Shown here one piece after another: positions 36,389 to 50,346 of a DNA stretch of 64,000 nucleotides. Numbering within the stretch: position 1 is the stretch's first letter; each line of letters opens with the position of its first letter. The notes beneath the pieces are model-generated. The model ran no database searches and was not told where the DNA came from. It saw only the letters and a program-made list of their open reading frames with translations. The stretch comes from Podarcis muralis (lineage: Eukaryota). The stretch is from NCBI RefSeq assembly GCF_964188315.1, contig NC_135659.1, positions 56,854,001 to 56,918,000 on the forward strand. The letters are read 5' to 3'. The translations under genes were made by a program, and so were the position numbers.

Positions 36389-37538
36389 ATTCATTGCTAT
36401 AAGAGAAAGTAAAAGATTGTAGGAGAAACCCCCATGCCAATGAAAATCAAGCATTCTCCCAGCTGCATAGTGACATCCTAGTTTCTACTTTTCAAATATG
36501 TTTCAGTGTAAGAAAATGCTGGGAACTGACATATACATATACACATATATCTATGCAAATGTAAACCCTAATCTTGTTAGGTCTCACACCAGGTGGTTGC
36601 CTCCAACCATAACAGGTAGGAGCTTTTTTCATTTATGGGGCTCAGACACACCTCACAGGGCTTAAGTTCCAGGAATCTGCTGTATTATTTACAATGCTAA
36701 TTATTCGGGACAGCTCTAGTGAAGATGGGCAAGCTTATTGGGCATCATTACAACTTGATGTTCAGATCTCAGCAGAATCATTCAGGCAACTTTAATGATG
36801 AGCCAAGTTCAGGCAGTCCAATAAAGTTCAACAGTGCACATCATAAGTATGGGATTCATACTGTACTGTGCAGCATATTTATTCAGTGTCTCCAGTTGAT
36901 GGGGTTTATTCTGTGGGTGGATTCTGGACAATGACTATTACTGTCATCTGCCAGTGTCACCAAGATCAGTTTCTATGGCATTTTAAAAGTAGGCTTTTCA
37001 AAGAAAAATAAGGGGGAACTTTTCCTCTAAAAGCCAGGTAAGCATGCGCCAGAATTGATTAGGAGAGGAAGTGTTAGAACTGAAGCCGCTTCCCTTTAAT
37101 AAATGCTTAGTGTACAAAAACCTGCAATAACATTGTTCATTGGCATTACGCTGGGTGAGGAATGGTCACATTTTCTCAATGGAAATTACACGCTTCCCAG
37201 CTGTTTGCAATAATCAATGTTCCAAGCCTGCATGCTCACTGGGGAAAAGAATCTACATTAAGGAATAGATCAGTCTGTAGCCTTGTTCATAAGAGGATGG
37301 ATGTAAACTGTGACTACCAGTTCTGTGAAGGAAAAGGTCTCAAGAGAGGGAATTCAACTCACGTTTTTACAGTTATGGTATTTTATGGTTATGACTGATA
37401 ATTGATTATTACATTGAATATATATGTTGGAAGCCACCTTGAGAGGGTTTTAATCCAGTAAGCTGCCTAATACATATTTTAAATAAATATTTGAAGAATG
37501 TGAGATGGTGAAGGAAAGGAATAGTTAGAAAGGAGGTG

Positions 37539-37540
<2 letters not shown>

Positions 37541-37578
<38 letters not shown>
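37541..37578. repeat. (TG)n microsatellite
   Basis: Read directly from the sequence. Confidence 0.97.
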
Positions 37579-37579
<1 letters not shown>

Positions 37580-37596
37580 ATGGATAGATATACAGA

Positions 37597-37838
37597 CAGT
37601 GGTACCTCGGGTTAAGTACTTAATTCGCTCCGGAGGGCCATACTTAACCTGAAACTGTTCTTAACCTGAAGCACCACTTTAGCTAATGGGGCCTCCTGCT
37701 GCTGCCACGCCGCCAGAGCACAATGTCTGTTCTCATCCTGAAGCAAAGTTCTTAACCTGAAGCACTATTTCTGGGTTAGCGGAGTCTGTAACCTGAAGAG
37801 TATGTAACCTGAAGCGTATGTAACCTGAGGTACCACTG
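37597..37838. mobile_element. Tigger/pogo-type MITE
   Basis: CAGTGGTACCTCGGGTTA...TAACCTGAGGTACCACTG|TA with repeated taacctgaag subterminal motifs. Confidence 0.9.
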
Positions 37839-37926
37839 TACACGTACTAATATGCTCAAGAAGAGGGTGGCTGTCCAGATGCTAATGGCTAATTTGGGTA
37901 ACTTATGGGTAGGAGCTTTTTTAAAA

Positions 37927-38090
37927 CTTAAGAACATAAGAAAAGCCCTGCGGGATCAGACCACAGCCCTGTCCATCTAGTCTAGCATCCTGTTCTCACA
38001 GGGCATGGCCAGAAGTCTATGAGGAACCTGCAAGCAGAATACGACCATAGCAGTGCTACCTCTGCTTGTGACTCCCAGAAACTGGGACTT
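37927..38090 (-). mobile_element. Old CR1 3' end
   Basis: taagaacataagaaaagccctgcgggatcagacc...catctagtctagcatcctgttctcaca. Confidence 0.75.
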
Positions 38091-39550
38091 GGGGAAGTTC
38101 TACCTCAGAGCTTCCCACAAACAAACAAATGGGGTCTGAGGTGATTTGATATATGGGATAGTAAATGATACAAGAATTGAGCTATGTTTCTTACATGTGG
38201 AAAAAGCAATAAAATCATTTTTTTAAAAAAGAATGGAATAATGCCCCGAGGCAAATTAGCCACAAGTAGTAGTAGTAGGAGGAGTAGGAGTAGGAGTATC
38301 CACAAAGGAGCTCAGGGCTCCCCCTCCCTGTGCACACATTTAATTTTTACAGCTACCCTGCAAGGTAGATTAGACAGTTACGGGTCCAAGATCTCTCAGT
38401 GAGTGGAGATTTGAAACCAGGTCTTTCTAATTCTGCTTTTAAACCAGCCACCCACAACATTGTTTCCTCCAGATGTGTAGGGCTCCAACTGCCATCATCT
38501 CTGAACACCGACCGGAAACATCTGGAGAGCATCAGGTTGTGGAAGGCTTGCTTGGAGATTCCACCAACAGCATTCTTGCTGGGAAGTCAGCTGACTCTAG
38601 GCTGGAACAGCCTACAATCCCTACAAGCCTAGTCTTCCTGGCTTCCTGAGAATGCAGAGGGCAGTGGCACAGGAGGTAAGATGATGTTGGAGGCTGTCAA
38701 CTGAGATCCCTCCCCTTTACTGTATCTTACAATGTGCAATATTGTGGTCATTCACTCATCGGTATAGATGGCTCAGCTTCCCCCTTGATCATCAGTATGG
38801 GCTCACACAATAGTTATGCTGGCTGGGACTGATGGGAATTGTAGTCCAAAACCTCTGAAGGTCCCCAGGTAGGGGAAGGCTGCTCTCATCACATCACCAC
38901 ATTGGCTCTCCGTGATGGCAGGTACCAGCAGAAACACTCAGGTAGTTGGTGGGGGAGCCATCAGAACAGGCCACAATAGTCAACGCTTTCTCCTCTTGCA
39001 GCCCATTTGCCTCGTGCAGCTGAAGCTTTTAGCACCTACATTATTCATGGCCTCTCAGCTGTTGCAGCAGGAAGGGGAATTTCTGAGTGATATTCCTAAT
39101 ACCTTAACACAAAACCCATTTAGTCACAACACTGCTTTGAGGAGAGAAATAGAGCGAGGTGGAGCAGAAATTCTTCCCCCCACCCCCAGTAGTGACAGTT
39201 GAGGCCAGGCAGGAAGATGAATATTCTAATTTGTTTCCTCCCTTTTCATATCTGAAAACACAAGTCAATTATGCGAGCATAAGAGCCGACCCAATGGATC
39301 CAGGAGACAAGCCTAGCTACCTGGTAGAATCAGAAGCCTTGAATCGGAGAGCTAGGTTTGCTTGCCAAGAATAATTCGGCCGTGGCAAGACCAACAAGGC
39401 TGGACTTGAGAAAGCAGAGAGTGTTGACAGTTTCTCTGCAGTTAGACAAGCAGCCTTAGAGGAGACTTTAATTGCAGGAGATTTTTCTCTTTGTTTCTCT
39501 TTCTCTACTGCACGCTTTTGTTACTTCTTCTCCGTCACCTTATATTTCAT

Positions 39551-39877
39551 GCAGGGATGGAGCTGGATTTTGATTCCATTCACCTTTAAAGGTGAATCTA
39601 CCTAATTTTCACTTTCCAAAATGGAATGCCAACCAAAACAGAGCCATTCTTTGAAATTCATGATTCTACAAATTTTGCAGTGCGGATCTCCGGCCTAGGA
39701 ATGTGCACAAAAATGAACATATTTGCAAAAATAGCATAAAAATGCATTGTATTAGGAGAAACCCCATTGCAAAAATGAATATATTAGGCAAAATCAGACA
39801 CAAACATGTTCCTTTTAGAATGTTTTCTTTTTAAAGAAATAGATAGAAATTGAAATTATCAAGTTTGTTCATCCCTA
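39551..39877 (+). mobile_element. AT-rich MITE with CAGGGATG...CATCCCTA ends
   Basis: Best-preserved copy of the family, with both terminal inverted motifs visible. Confidence 0.65.
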
Positions 39878-41572
39878 ATTTCATGCAAGCTCCCTTCTGC
39901 AGGGAACCACTTACTTCAAGCTCTTTCTCTCCCCTGATACCTAAATTGTAATTATCAGCAGCTTTTATTCAACGAGGCCTTAGCCCCGAAAGGATCCCAG
40001 TCAAAAGATAATCCACTAAATTTAAGCAAGCATTTAATGTCATGATGTCGCCTGTGGGGAAGACTAACCAGCTGGATGACTTTTACATTTCAAGGCTAAA
40101 CTCCACAAACTTCTTTCTAAAAACTGTGGTAAATTGTTCAACACCAGGAAAGGGAATCAGGGGTATCTGTACAGCAGCATCAGAAAGCTACAATGTTTTA
40201 TTTATTTCATATATTAACCACATGAAATATCCCATGAAGTGATGTAACAATGACCAAAAAACCAATCAGAAAATGTATAAACAATATATCATTTATAAGT
40301 ACATTTCTAGACCAGTGCAGATAAAGACTGAGATAATAAAATCTGTGCTTGTCACAATGCTTTGATTTCTTCTTGCATGGTATCCCTATTTTAAAATTCT
40401 GCATATCGAAATTAGAGTTTCCAGCTTTTTAATTGCCCTGTTTCTGTGCACTTAACAGCAGCTTGGCATGCAAAACTTGCCTTTTTCCATGGAGGGAGAT
40501 ACAGATATGAGAAATGCTAAATGGCAATTGTGCCAAAGTGTGTTTAAAGTCACAGGAGCAGGACCACTACAATAGGTGGCAATGCTAACAAATGATTGGC
40601 CACAAGCTTCTCCACAGCCTGGCTTTGAGGAACAGTTGAAGAAGGTAGGAATGTTTGGTCTGGCGGAAGGATAATTAAAGATAATTTTTAAAAGAAAAGA
40701 TAATATTTTTTAAAAAAATTGAAGGACCATCTATTTGTATGGCAAATAAGTATGCCATAAATAAGGCAATAGAAAAAGACAGGCATTACCTGGGATGGGC
40801 ATAGTCAGTGTAGTGCTCTTCAAATATTTTGGACTACAATTCTTGCTGTGTTCCCAGCACATTCCCGCTAAACACACCAACATGCCACCATCCTTCATGG
40901 CAGGCTGTAAGTTAGTGTTATTTTCTCTTTGAAAGTTTGCAGTTCTCATGTAGGAATTATGTAGCTTTCGAAGCTGCCCTTAGACAGAGAACCAGGCAAC
41001 CATTAGTATAGCATCAGCCCTCATACCTTCACCCCCGCTCCCAAGCCTTTACAAGAGCCTCCACATGGCTGCAGATTGCAAGGCAGGGCTTCTCTTCAGG
41101 TTCACTTTGTTATGGTGTGGTTAATATATGTCGTCAAACACGGGTCAGGGTTTAATCTCCAGCATTAAGAGCTCTGTGGGAGCTGAGACTCAGAGAAGTG
41201 CACCAGTAAAACACTGTCTTGATTGGAGGCAGATAATCAGCTCTTGCCGTTGCCAGGACCAGGTTCCCTGGTGCTCCCTACTGAGCCAACTGCTGCAAAG
41301 AAATGCTTCAGAATCAAACAACCTGGGAAGGTGTCCTGCCAGAAATTTCCTCGGAAGATTCTGAAGGCCTTCTCTTCCCACCCAACATCATGCCTGGAGG
41401 GACATCTTCCCAGGCTGTTTGATTCTGAAACATTTCTTTGCTTCAGAATTGTTATATGTTTGGAGGAATCAGTCTGGATGTATCTTTATTATAGACCTTC
41501 CTGCAGAAATTGTTCAGTTTGGTTGTATATTTTTTAATGTTTTATTTATTGTTAATAACTACTTTTGTTATA

Positions 41573-41798
41573 TGGTGGTACCTTGGTTGTTGAATGGCTT
41601 GGCTCCTGAACAAATCAGCTCCCAAATGCTGTGTTCCAGTTTGCAAATGTTTTTCAGAAGCTGAACGTCCAACACGGCTTCCGCTTGAGTGCAGGAAGCT
41701 CCTGCAGCCAATCAGAAGCTGTACCTTGGTTTTTGAATGGGTTCAGGATTCAAACGGACTCCCGGAAAGGATTAAGTTCAAGAAACAAGGTACCACTG
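41573..41798. mobile_element. Tigger/pogo-type MITE
   Basis: ta|tggtggtaccttggtt...aaacaaggtaccactg|ta. Confidence 0.75.
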
Positions 41799-43063
41799 TA
41801 TTGTAGTTATGTATTTTCTCCCCATGTTGTAAGCTGCCTTAAGCTGTGGAAAGGTGATATACAAAAAAAATTATATATGCATATATAGAAGACATTTTGT
41901 GATGGGTTCTGCCCCCCATTCCAAGCTGCCATTTTGTGTTTGGCTCTGGATATTTAAGATGCTGGGCCTCCGGTTAAAAATAAAGTGAACTTGCCTACCA
42001 CAATCTATGGCCCTGCTATTTTTTATTCAACCAGTTCTAGCACTCTCTGGGTCAGCAAAATGAGTTGTGGTTTCACCCTTTATTTATCACTACACTCAAA
42101 CTACAGAACCAAGTGGGGGTCTCATTTTTCCTCACAACAAGCTGTAAGGGGAGGATTGCTAAAGATACAGTGTTCCTATACTTCATTGCATCTGGTCATC
42201 CTAGTCACAGAAGGTGTCAGGAGATGTGGGTTTGTGGAAAGATGTCCCACGTGGTGAGCAACTGAACTACAGGTGGCAGCATCACAGTCAAGTCCCTCAG
42301 GCTCTGAACTGACCCCACCTATCAGGCTGGACACTGGATCCTCCTTGACATGGAGGTATGTCCATGTTGCAACTAAGCCTTACTTGAGTAGCAAAGGTCT
42401 TCTGGAGCTCACACAGGTTCCTGCATTTCCGTGACAAAGTTAGGTGGTTGTAAAATTCATACACACAGTCTCATGGCTAGCTGCACTCTGCCATGCGCTA
42501 GGCCCTAGCAGCAAGCCGCAATTAAGAATAGCTGCCTGCTCCCTCAATGGTATAAGGTCATATCCATCACCGCATATAAATCAGATGGGAACTAATAACC
42601 TTGATTTAATTTCTCCTTCCCAGGGTAGGCACTCCCTTCTCTCCAGATCCTGCTGTCCCTCGTGTCTCCTCCCCCACCCTTCCCAAATGAGCCGATTTAA
42701 ATGAAATGGCTAAGCCTGGGGAATTTTAATTGACAAGTTGGAACTCAACGCTCCCCTACCTGGAAAGATTCATTATTCATGTCACCTTGTAGGCCCCAGG
42801 AGGCTAGCTCATTAGAAAAGGTGGGCCAGATCCTGCCACCCAGGCTTGGGCAATACTCTTGAAGCCTATTAAAAAGTGGCACAAGCACAAACTATTAGGG
42901 AGGAAATGCAGCCACTGCATTACCCTGCCCCATTCTCGCCTCACAGTGCTCAACATCTAATAAATAGCAGCGACTGAAGTGAAAGAGAGGCTATAGTTTG
43001 ATGTGTGTGTTTTGGGAGGGAGGATATTAGCAGTGATGCATTTAAGTTATTTGAAACCAGGAC

Positions 43064-43375
43064 TACGGATGTGGAGGAATTTGATTCTGTTCGCATTTAA
43101 AGGTGAATCTACCTAATTTGCACTCCTTGAAAAAACACATGAACTGATATCTCAATCCATCTTTTGAAATGCACACTTATCCATTTTGCAATGCTGTTCT
43201 CCAGCCAGGCAATGTGCCCAAAAATACATGTAAAGTGTATATAAGAATGCATATATTGGTGGGAACAGCATACAAAAATGCATTATATTATGGAAAACTG
43301 CTTTGTAAAAAGCACTGTTTTAGTCTACTAGAATAAATTTGCACTAAAATGCTGGTAAATTTTCATGAGGACTTC
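43064..43375 (+). mobile_element. Degenerate AT-rich MITE (TAGGGATG-type family)
   Basis: gaatttgattctgttcgcatttaaaggtgaatctacctaatttgcac. Confidence 0.6.
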
Positions 43376-45102
43376 TTTAGAGAAAGAGGGAAATCACAAA
43401 GTGATGGGGAAATGTTGAGACCTGAACTTGGAGAAATGAGAAACTGAGAGAAGTCAAAATGAATGCATTCACCCATCCTGACTCTGAATTTAATGGCTTT
43501 GGTGCAGGGGGCTGTTTGATTGATAAGGTGTATTCACTTACTTCAAAATGTGGTGCATTTGGGAAGCCCTCCCACCCTTCCTGTTGAGTGGAGCCCTGGA
43601 TGCCTGCCTCCAAATCCTGTCCTGATACCACCACTGTTTGTCAGCAACTGATTTGACTCCGCCAGCTCCTCTAAAGCCAATCTCCCTTGCTCTGCCTAGG
43701 GAAGAGATCCATTTTACTCGGCTAGGTGCAACCACAGTGGCAGCTGAGAGCCATTCTGCAGAGAGCTTAGCATCGGGTTAGGGAACAGGAATGCTAAGCA
43801 AGCAGGCTGCTTCCCAGTGAATGTGCTCGTTTCATCTGTCTCAGAGGAAAGAGTTTGGGGAGGAAATATCAATGAGCTGCCCAAGCCCTTTATTAGCAGC
43901 TGCTCTAATCTTCCCTTTGTCCTATCAAAGCCCTAATGAGAACGATACCCAGATTAGAGCTGCTCAGAGGAGACTGCAATGCCTTCCACTTCCCACTGCC
44001 AGTCGCAGCTTGCCTAGTCAACTCACTCATGGAGGGAAAGGAAGCAAAGGGAGCCAGAACTACACAGAAGTAGGACAGACAACCCGTCACTTCGTATGGC
44101 CAAAGCAGGGGAGAGAGGAGGGCAGTTTTGTGGCTACTGAAGATTTACGTGAGGGATTCTGGAGTTGTAAGACACAACGCAACCTCTATGAAATGATCTT
44201 TCTTGGGGAATTTTCGTCTCCATGGCAGGTCCATCTGTAACCATTAGCTGGTTTTTCCTTTGTTTCAAAGGAAGTTGCCTTCATAAAAGCAATGAGCCTT
44301 CAAACTACAGCAAAACCTTCCCCAACCTGGTGCCCTTCAGATATTTTGGACTACACCAGTCCCATCAAACATGAGCAATGTTCAGGGATGGTGGATGCAT
44401 AGTTCAAAACATCTGGAAGGCACTATGTTGAGGGGAAGATGCCACAGGTGTTAATTGAACCCTTAAAGATGTAGGAATGCCCTTGAATGACTTGACAGCA
44501 AGGAAGGATTAGATGTGAATCCATTCTCATACAACTAGAACCTTCTTTAGATCATACCCTCCATGCATTATCAGAAGGCGGGGTCAGCAATGCTGAAATC
44601 TCCTCTGCTCCTTCCACACACTCCCATCTCCTTCAACTGCTGCCTGCTCTGTTTTGGCAGCCAAGCACTTATTTCCTGCATTGAGAAGGAAGCCCTGCCT
44701 CATGACCCAACTGGCCAGCATTCCAGGATGTGTCCACAGAGGGGCCAATCTGGAGTGACCCAATCCTGGGTTGGCCCAATGTGGAGCAATGAAAGTGGTG
44801 CAGTTACAGTTCCCAGGGGACACAGCTACCCAGCATCATTTGAGCCCATGGAGCAACTCTTTTCTTGACAGTTGCAAAGCAGACAGCCTTTGGGGTGACC
44901 CCAAGGAGACAGGAAATAGGGCAGACACACCAGGCAGGAGCATCACACACACACACACAGATGAGCACCAAGAGAGGCACAGCCCTCAAGGGTGCAAAAG
45001 TTTAGGGCCACCTTTCAAATGTTAATGCCCTACTAGTTTTGCCACCTTAGACAGTTGCCTGTTTTGCCTTGTGGCTGAGCTGGCTCTATCTACAACATAG
45101 AC

Positions 45103-45103
<1 letters not shown>

Positions 45104-45153
<50 letters not shown>

Positions 45154-45340
45154 CCCCGCCCATGTGGCTGCCCTTAGCCACTCTGGGCAGCTCCCAACCA
45201 AGGACTAAAAACAGAATAAAACTTAAAACAAAAATTTCCCTAAGCATGGCTACTTTCAGATGTCTTCTAAAAGTCAGATAGTTGTTTATTTCCTTGACAT
45301 CTGATGGGAGGGCATTCCACAGGATGGGTGCCACTTCTTA
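45104..45340 (-). mobile_element. L2 3' fragment with a long (TAA)n tail
   Basis: Same family as 18926, with (TTA)n at ~45104-45150. Confidence 0.85.
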
Positions 45341-47893
45341 ATCCAAGTTGTTCATAAACTAAGCTCTTCTTAAACCAAGGTACCACTCTACTTGCATATC
45401 AAGCTGCTGTTAAAAGCACAGGAGTAATTCTGGGCCATTTGTTTCCTCTCCTGGTTAGCTGCAAATCTTTCAGAGCAGCAGAGCAAACAATAAGCAGGTG
45501 GTGGCCATGGCAGTACAGAGTTAATAGGGACCTCTGCTTACAGCTAAACATATAAGCCCTGCCTTGGGAAATGGCTACCTCCTCCCAACGTATCTGCAGT
45601 GCCTTGCTGTGAAGACCACCCTCTCCTCCTTTTAAACACTTTCCCCATGATCATTTCTCAAAAAGCTGTTGGCAGGCTGTATCTCCCCCTGGAACTGGTT
45701 CAATCGCTGCTCTGTAGTGTTTTGAAATCTCATTAGACGTTATGAATTTGGGCAATTTAGCCTGCTTTTCAGCCAGCAGTGATGTACTGCTAAATCAGTA
45801 ATTAATGAATTTGCAGTAATGAAAAGAATGTGATCAAAAATCCAAGTCTCTCCCTTCCCTCCCCCATCACAAAGCTTTGGACATAATGCACACCAAAAGG
45901 CGGGTTAAACTCCAAAACGATACTAAGAGATGGATCTGAAGTTTTGAAAGGCGGAGTTAAGATGAGCTGGATTTTAATATCAGTCAGTGGGGAATCTTCA
46001 GTAAATGCATTTCAATAAGGTTTCAAGAAGAGAAAAGTGGCCTCCTATCACGGTTATTTTTTTAGGAGAGAGAGATCCCTTATTTCGTAAAAACCATTAT
46101 TTTTATATGGTGGTGGTGGTGGTTGTAAATTGAATCTCCTGTGCTAGCCATGGTGTTGAAGGGTACAACCTCATCCTCAAGGTGATTCTTCATTTTTGGT
46201 TAGCAGAAGCCAAAGAATGAATGATAAAGTATAGGCAATTTCTCCCAAACTGCCCTATACTCTTGTAAACTTCCTCAGAAGCACCTCATATTGTTCAGTG
46301 CTGGAAATACAATACTGTGTTAGCTGGAGCAGACTTGCAGCTATATTGTTATTTGAGGCAGGGATATCTATTTCCTGTGTGTGTTTATGGTACCTAACAT
46401 AGTAAGGCTGGGAACTAATTGACTACCACAATTCACAAGAAGAACCCAAGCATCCTATGCAACTTTCCCCCAAAACCATGACAAGCAAGTCCATTTCAGA
46501 TTTTTTTGCCAAAAGGCTGGAGAATCAGCACATTTCAAATTTTGCCCTGGTTTAATAACTGTTCTGTTAAGTTTAATTTCCCTGAACAGCCTGCCCTACA
46601 TTTGGGACACTTTACAACCCAGGGCTTATTTTAGCCAGAAGAGACTTTCAAACGGTACTTTAAAAGCGGATTACATGCTGGTTCAAAGCAAATGTCCCAC
46701 CACAGTGAGGAGCTTGAGAGAACCTGGTGATAGCTGGGGTGTTAGTGAACTAATCTAGGAGAACTTTGATCACATGTGTCTAAGGTCAAACTTTGAAACA
46801 GGTTTAGTCAGTGATAAGTGCATGCTTATACTCCACAGTGGAGCTCCTTGCTTCCTGGCAATTCTGCCTTCCCATCTCTTTTTGGACAACTTGAAAGTAA
46901 TTTCAGGGCAAGGATTATTATATACATTTGGGGAGCCCTCCAGGGTTTTGTGGACTGCAAACCTTTATGGAGAAACAACAGGTTTTTTTCTGAGCAGGGA
47001 GTTTTGGGGTTGCAATGTGAATATGTTGCTTTCCCCCTCCATAGCATTTGCTTGTAACATAGTATCTGATTTGCAGGTGTGAGCTTCTGCCCTTAATGGA
47101 AATTCATTAGCAAAATACAAAAAAGGGGGGGGGCAGTAGAAAGGAAGGAGGAAATAACAGAAGCCAGGAACGTTGTAAGCTGTGAGTACAGCCACAATGC
47201 AAGTACATCCACACAGTGATCAGAATAATGAAAGATTGCTGGATATAATTGCCACATAAACCCATTCCCCTAGAACATTCAAAGAGTACCATTTGAGATC
47301 TCTAACATAATACGCTTTGAAATAGGGCTGATTTTCAGAAAATACCTGCCACCTGTTTTTGGTGCAGCTAGTTGTCCATTGTGCAGAAGAGGGAATGACA
47401 CTTAAATTGGGTTTCACTGTTGTCACCAAGAGAATCTCTCTCTGATCAATGTAAAGAATTTGTGGCAAAGTGCTGATGAGTGCAACCTCCATCCATACAT
47501 CACCTGTGCAAGTTCGATTGAAGCAAATGGGAGCAGTCAGCTGCACAGGAGATCTGGACGCAAAGTGTGGTGATCCCTACCATTCAGCCAACACATAATT
47601 CCATGTGTTGCCAAGTTCCAAATAATTTACCAGCCCTCATCATGGAGAAAGATGTGAATTCTCTGTGGGGAAACACTCATGAAATCATCATGATTTGTTG
47701 TCTGCAGAAGCTTCTTGCTGATCAAATGATAGGCAGTGATAGGCCCTCTTGAGTGTTCTAAGTGATGTAAAGAAACACAAATGCAACAAAACAGATCTGA
47801 AGCATAGCAGTAAAATGTCACAACAGTGTAAACTGTAAGAAATGAGTACAAGTTTCATTAGGCAGTGTATACATACAGCCCTTCCAGTCCTTG

Positions 47894-48072
47894 TAGGAAT
47901 GTAGGAAGCTGCCTTATATTGAGTCAGACCATTGGGTCCAGATAGCTCATGATGGTCTATACACCAGCTCTCCAGGGCCTCAGACAGAGAACCTTCCTAG
48001 CCCTACCTGGAGATGCCAGAGATTTTACTTGCTATCTTCTGCATGCAAAGTATATATTCCATCAATGAGCTA
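47894..48072 (-). mobile_element. Old tRNA-headed SINE
   Basis: aggaagctgccttatattgagtcagaccattgg...ctgcatgcaaag...gagcta. Confidence 0.7.
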
Positions 48073-48639
48073 AGTGAGTGAGTTTGCATCAAGCACATCC
48101 AGGGATGCTGATTCCATGAAGGCCTACTCCCCCTGCCCCAGTAATTCATTTCATCTTAGTTCAGCACTTCTTAAGCCAGACACTGCTTTTGACATCCTTT
48201 CATATTAGAAAGATGAGTGCTTCAGAATGCTCTTTTTGCACTTCTGATGTAACACCTGAATGGGAGGTTTCTGTGCTGCCCCCTTGCCCAGTCTATGGGG
48301 ATAGGGAGTTGCACTAGCTTCCCATTCGCACATTACCCCAGGAGTACAGAAATGTGAGGGACAAATCACGTCTATCTGCTACTTTGTAACATGTGATGCC
48401 ATTCGTAAAGAATTCAATGGGTGGTCAATCCAGCAAGAGCATTTATTAACTATTAAAAGGAAGCATGGGAGTGAGATTAGTGAGAAGCAACAGCCTTTGC
48501 AAAGAAGGAAACACAAACTGCACATTCTATCTCATGTGTCCTTGGAATAACACTTAACTAGCAAAATGGTTGGGTCCTCTGAGCACAACTGCAACACTTC
48601 AAAGCCAGACCGCTACTACCCTCCCAATATTTTGTGACT

Positions 48640-48921
48640 AGACCCCCAGGTAGGGCCTCCTCAGACAATTAGCTGGCACCCATTGTCTATTCTTTCTGGT
48701 GCAATTATATTCTCCTAGGCTTTTAAGAAAGTGTTTTAGTATTCTTCAGACCTTTCAAACTGCTGTAATCCTCTATTGCCAGTTTATGCTTGTTTGCATT
48801 ATGATGTTTTTATTGCTTTCAATTTTAGTTATTCTTCTGTTTTATGGTTTTAACCTTTATTGTAAACTGCCCAGAGAACTCTGGTAATTGGGCAGCATGG
48901 TAGTGCAGCAAATAAATAAAT
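48640..48921 (+). mobile_element. Old L2 3' fragment
   Basis: ttgtaaactgcccagagaactctggtaattgggcagc and an aaataaataaat tail. Confidence 0.6.
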
Positions 48922-49789
48922 CCCGATCCCCACTGCTGGTGACGCAATCATCCCCTATACTGCCAAGTCAGACAAGGAAATTAGAATTGCTCTTTACTCT
49001 GATTCAGCGCTAAGGAGCGGTTTTCCCCAGCAGAAAGCAGTGGGACAAGAGGAAGTATGGATAAGCCCTGAGTGCCATTTCTTTTTTAAAGTGGATTTTA
49101 AAGTGCACCAAGGTGACAGGGTATTTTTAAGCACAAACGTGCATTTCTGGTATGCACTCAAATCCTTCCTGCAAACTACCAACAGTATAGGTGTGGTCTT
49201 GGTTGTTGCTCAGAGGCAGCAGTCTAACAATGCAACAGACATGCAGCAGTTAAAGTTTAAGTGGTATACAGGTGGTAAAGGGTCCCATGTTTTTCTCAAG
49301 CCACCTGGCTGTAAGTCAGTGGCCAAGTAGGGTCAGAAAATGTATATCTATTAAGTGTCATGGCATGCAGAGCTCCTCTGGGGATCATCTAGTATTGGTA
49401 GGAGAGAGATAAATGCAACACAGGCCAGAGTCAGGTGGTTTTGCAAAACTTGTGGGTCTGAAACTACAAATACATCTTATAACTCACAGTTGCCTGCACT
49501 CATGCAGTCTATTCACCTCACTGAAACCTCTTGCACTTGAACAGCGAACATTAACTCGCTTAGCACCTGTATGATGCTTTCAGTTTATCACTGACAGTCC
49601 TAGGGCACGTTCTTAAGAAACACTGGATAGCTTTCAAGGATCATCTATGATGTCTGTGGAATGTCTTCGTTTGTTGGGCAATGGTCTCTGAAAAACGTTG
49701 CAATAAATAAAACAGAACTGTATACTGTCAAAAGAAAATCTAGCCTTTTTGTCATTGCTGACCTTTAGCATGTAGTAGCATCCCCAGTA

Positions 49790-50152
49790 GGGACGCGGGT
49801 GGCGCTGTGGGTAAAAGCCTCAGCGCCTAGGGCTTGCCGATCGAAAGGTCGGCGGTTCGAATCCCCGCGGTGGGGTGCGCTCCCGTTGCTTGGTCCCAGC
49901 GCCTGCCAACCTAGCAGTTCGAAAGCACCCCCGGGTGCAAGTAGATAAATAGGGACCGCTTTGTAGCGGGAAGGTAAACGACGTTTCCGTGTGCGGCTCT
50001 GGCTCGCCAGAGCAGCGATGTCACGCTGGCCACGTGACCCGGAAGTGTCTCCGGACAGCGCTGGCCCCCGGCCTCTTGAGTGAGATGGGCGCACAACCCT
50101 AGAGTCTGTCAAGACTGGCCCGTACGGGCAGGGGTACCTTTACCTTTACCTT
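49790..50152 (+). mobile_element. Full-length Sauria SINE
   Basis: Starts gggacgcgggtggcgctgtggg, has B box ggttcgaatcc and an (ACCTTT)n tail. Perfect 14-bp TSD tagcatccccagta at 49776-49789 and 50153-50166. Confidence 0.96.
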
Positions 50153-50346
50153 TAGCATCCCCAGTACAGCTGGCTGGGAGGGGGATTATGTTTGGACAAA
50201 TGTAGCAGGGTAAAGTACCTCCATTTAGTTCTGAAATATGTGAAGGTTTGAGGGTAAGTTATCAAAAACTAGAGTGGCAATTTCATTTTCTTAATGCTCA
50301 GCTGTAAGTCATTATCACTCACTCCAATGGAATTTACTCCAAAGTA

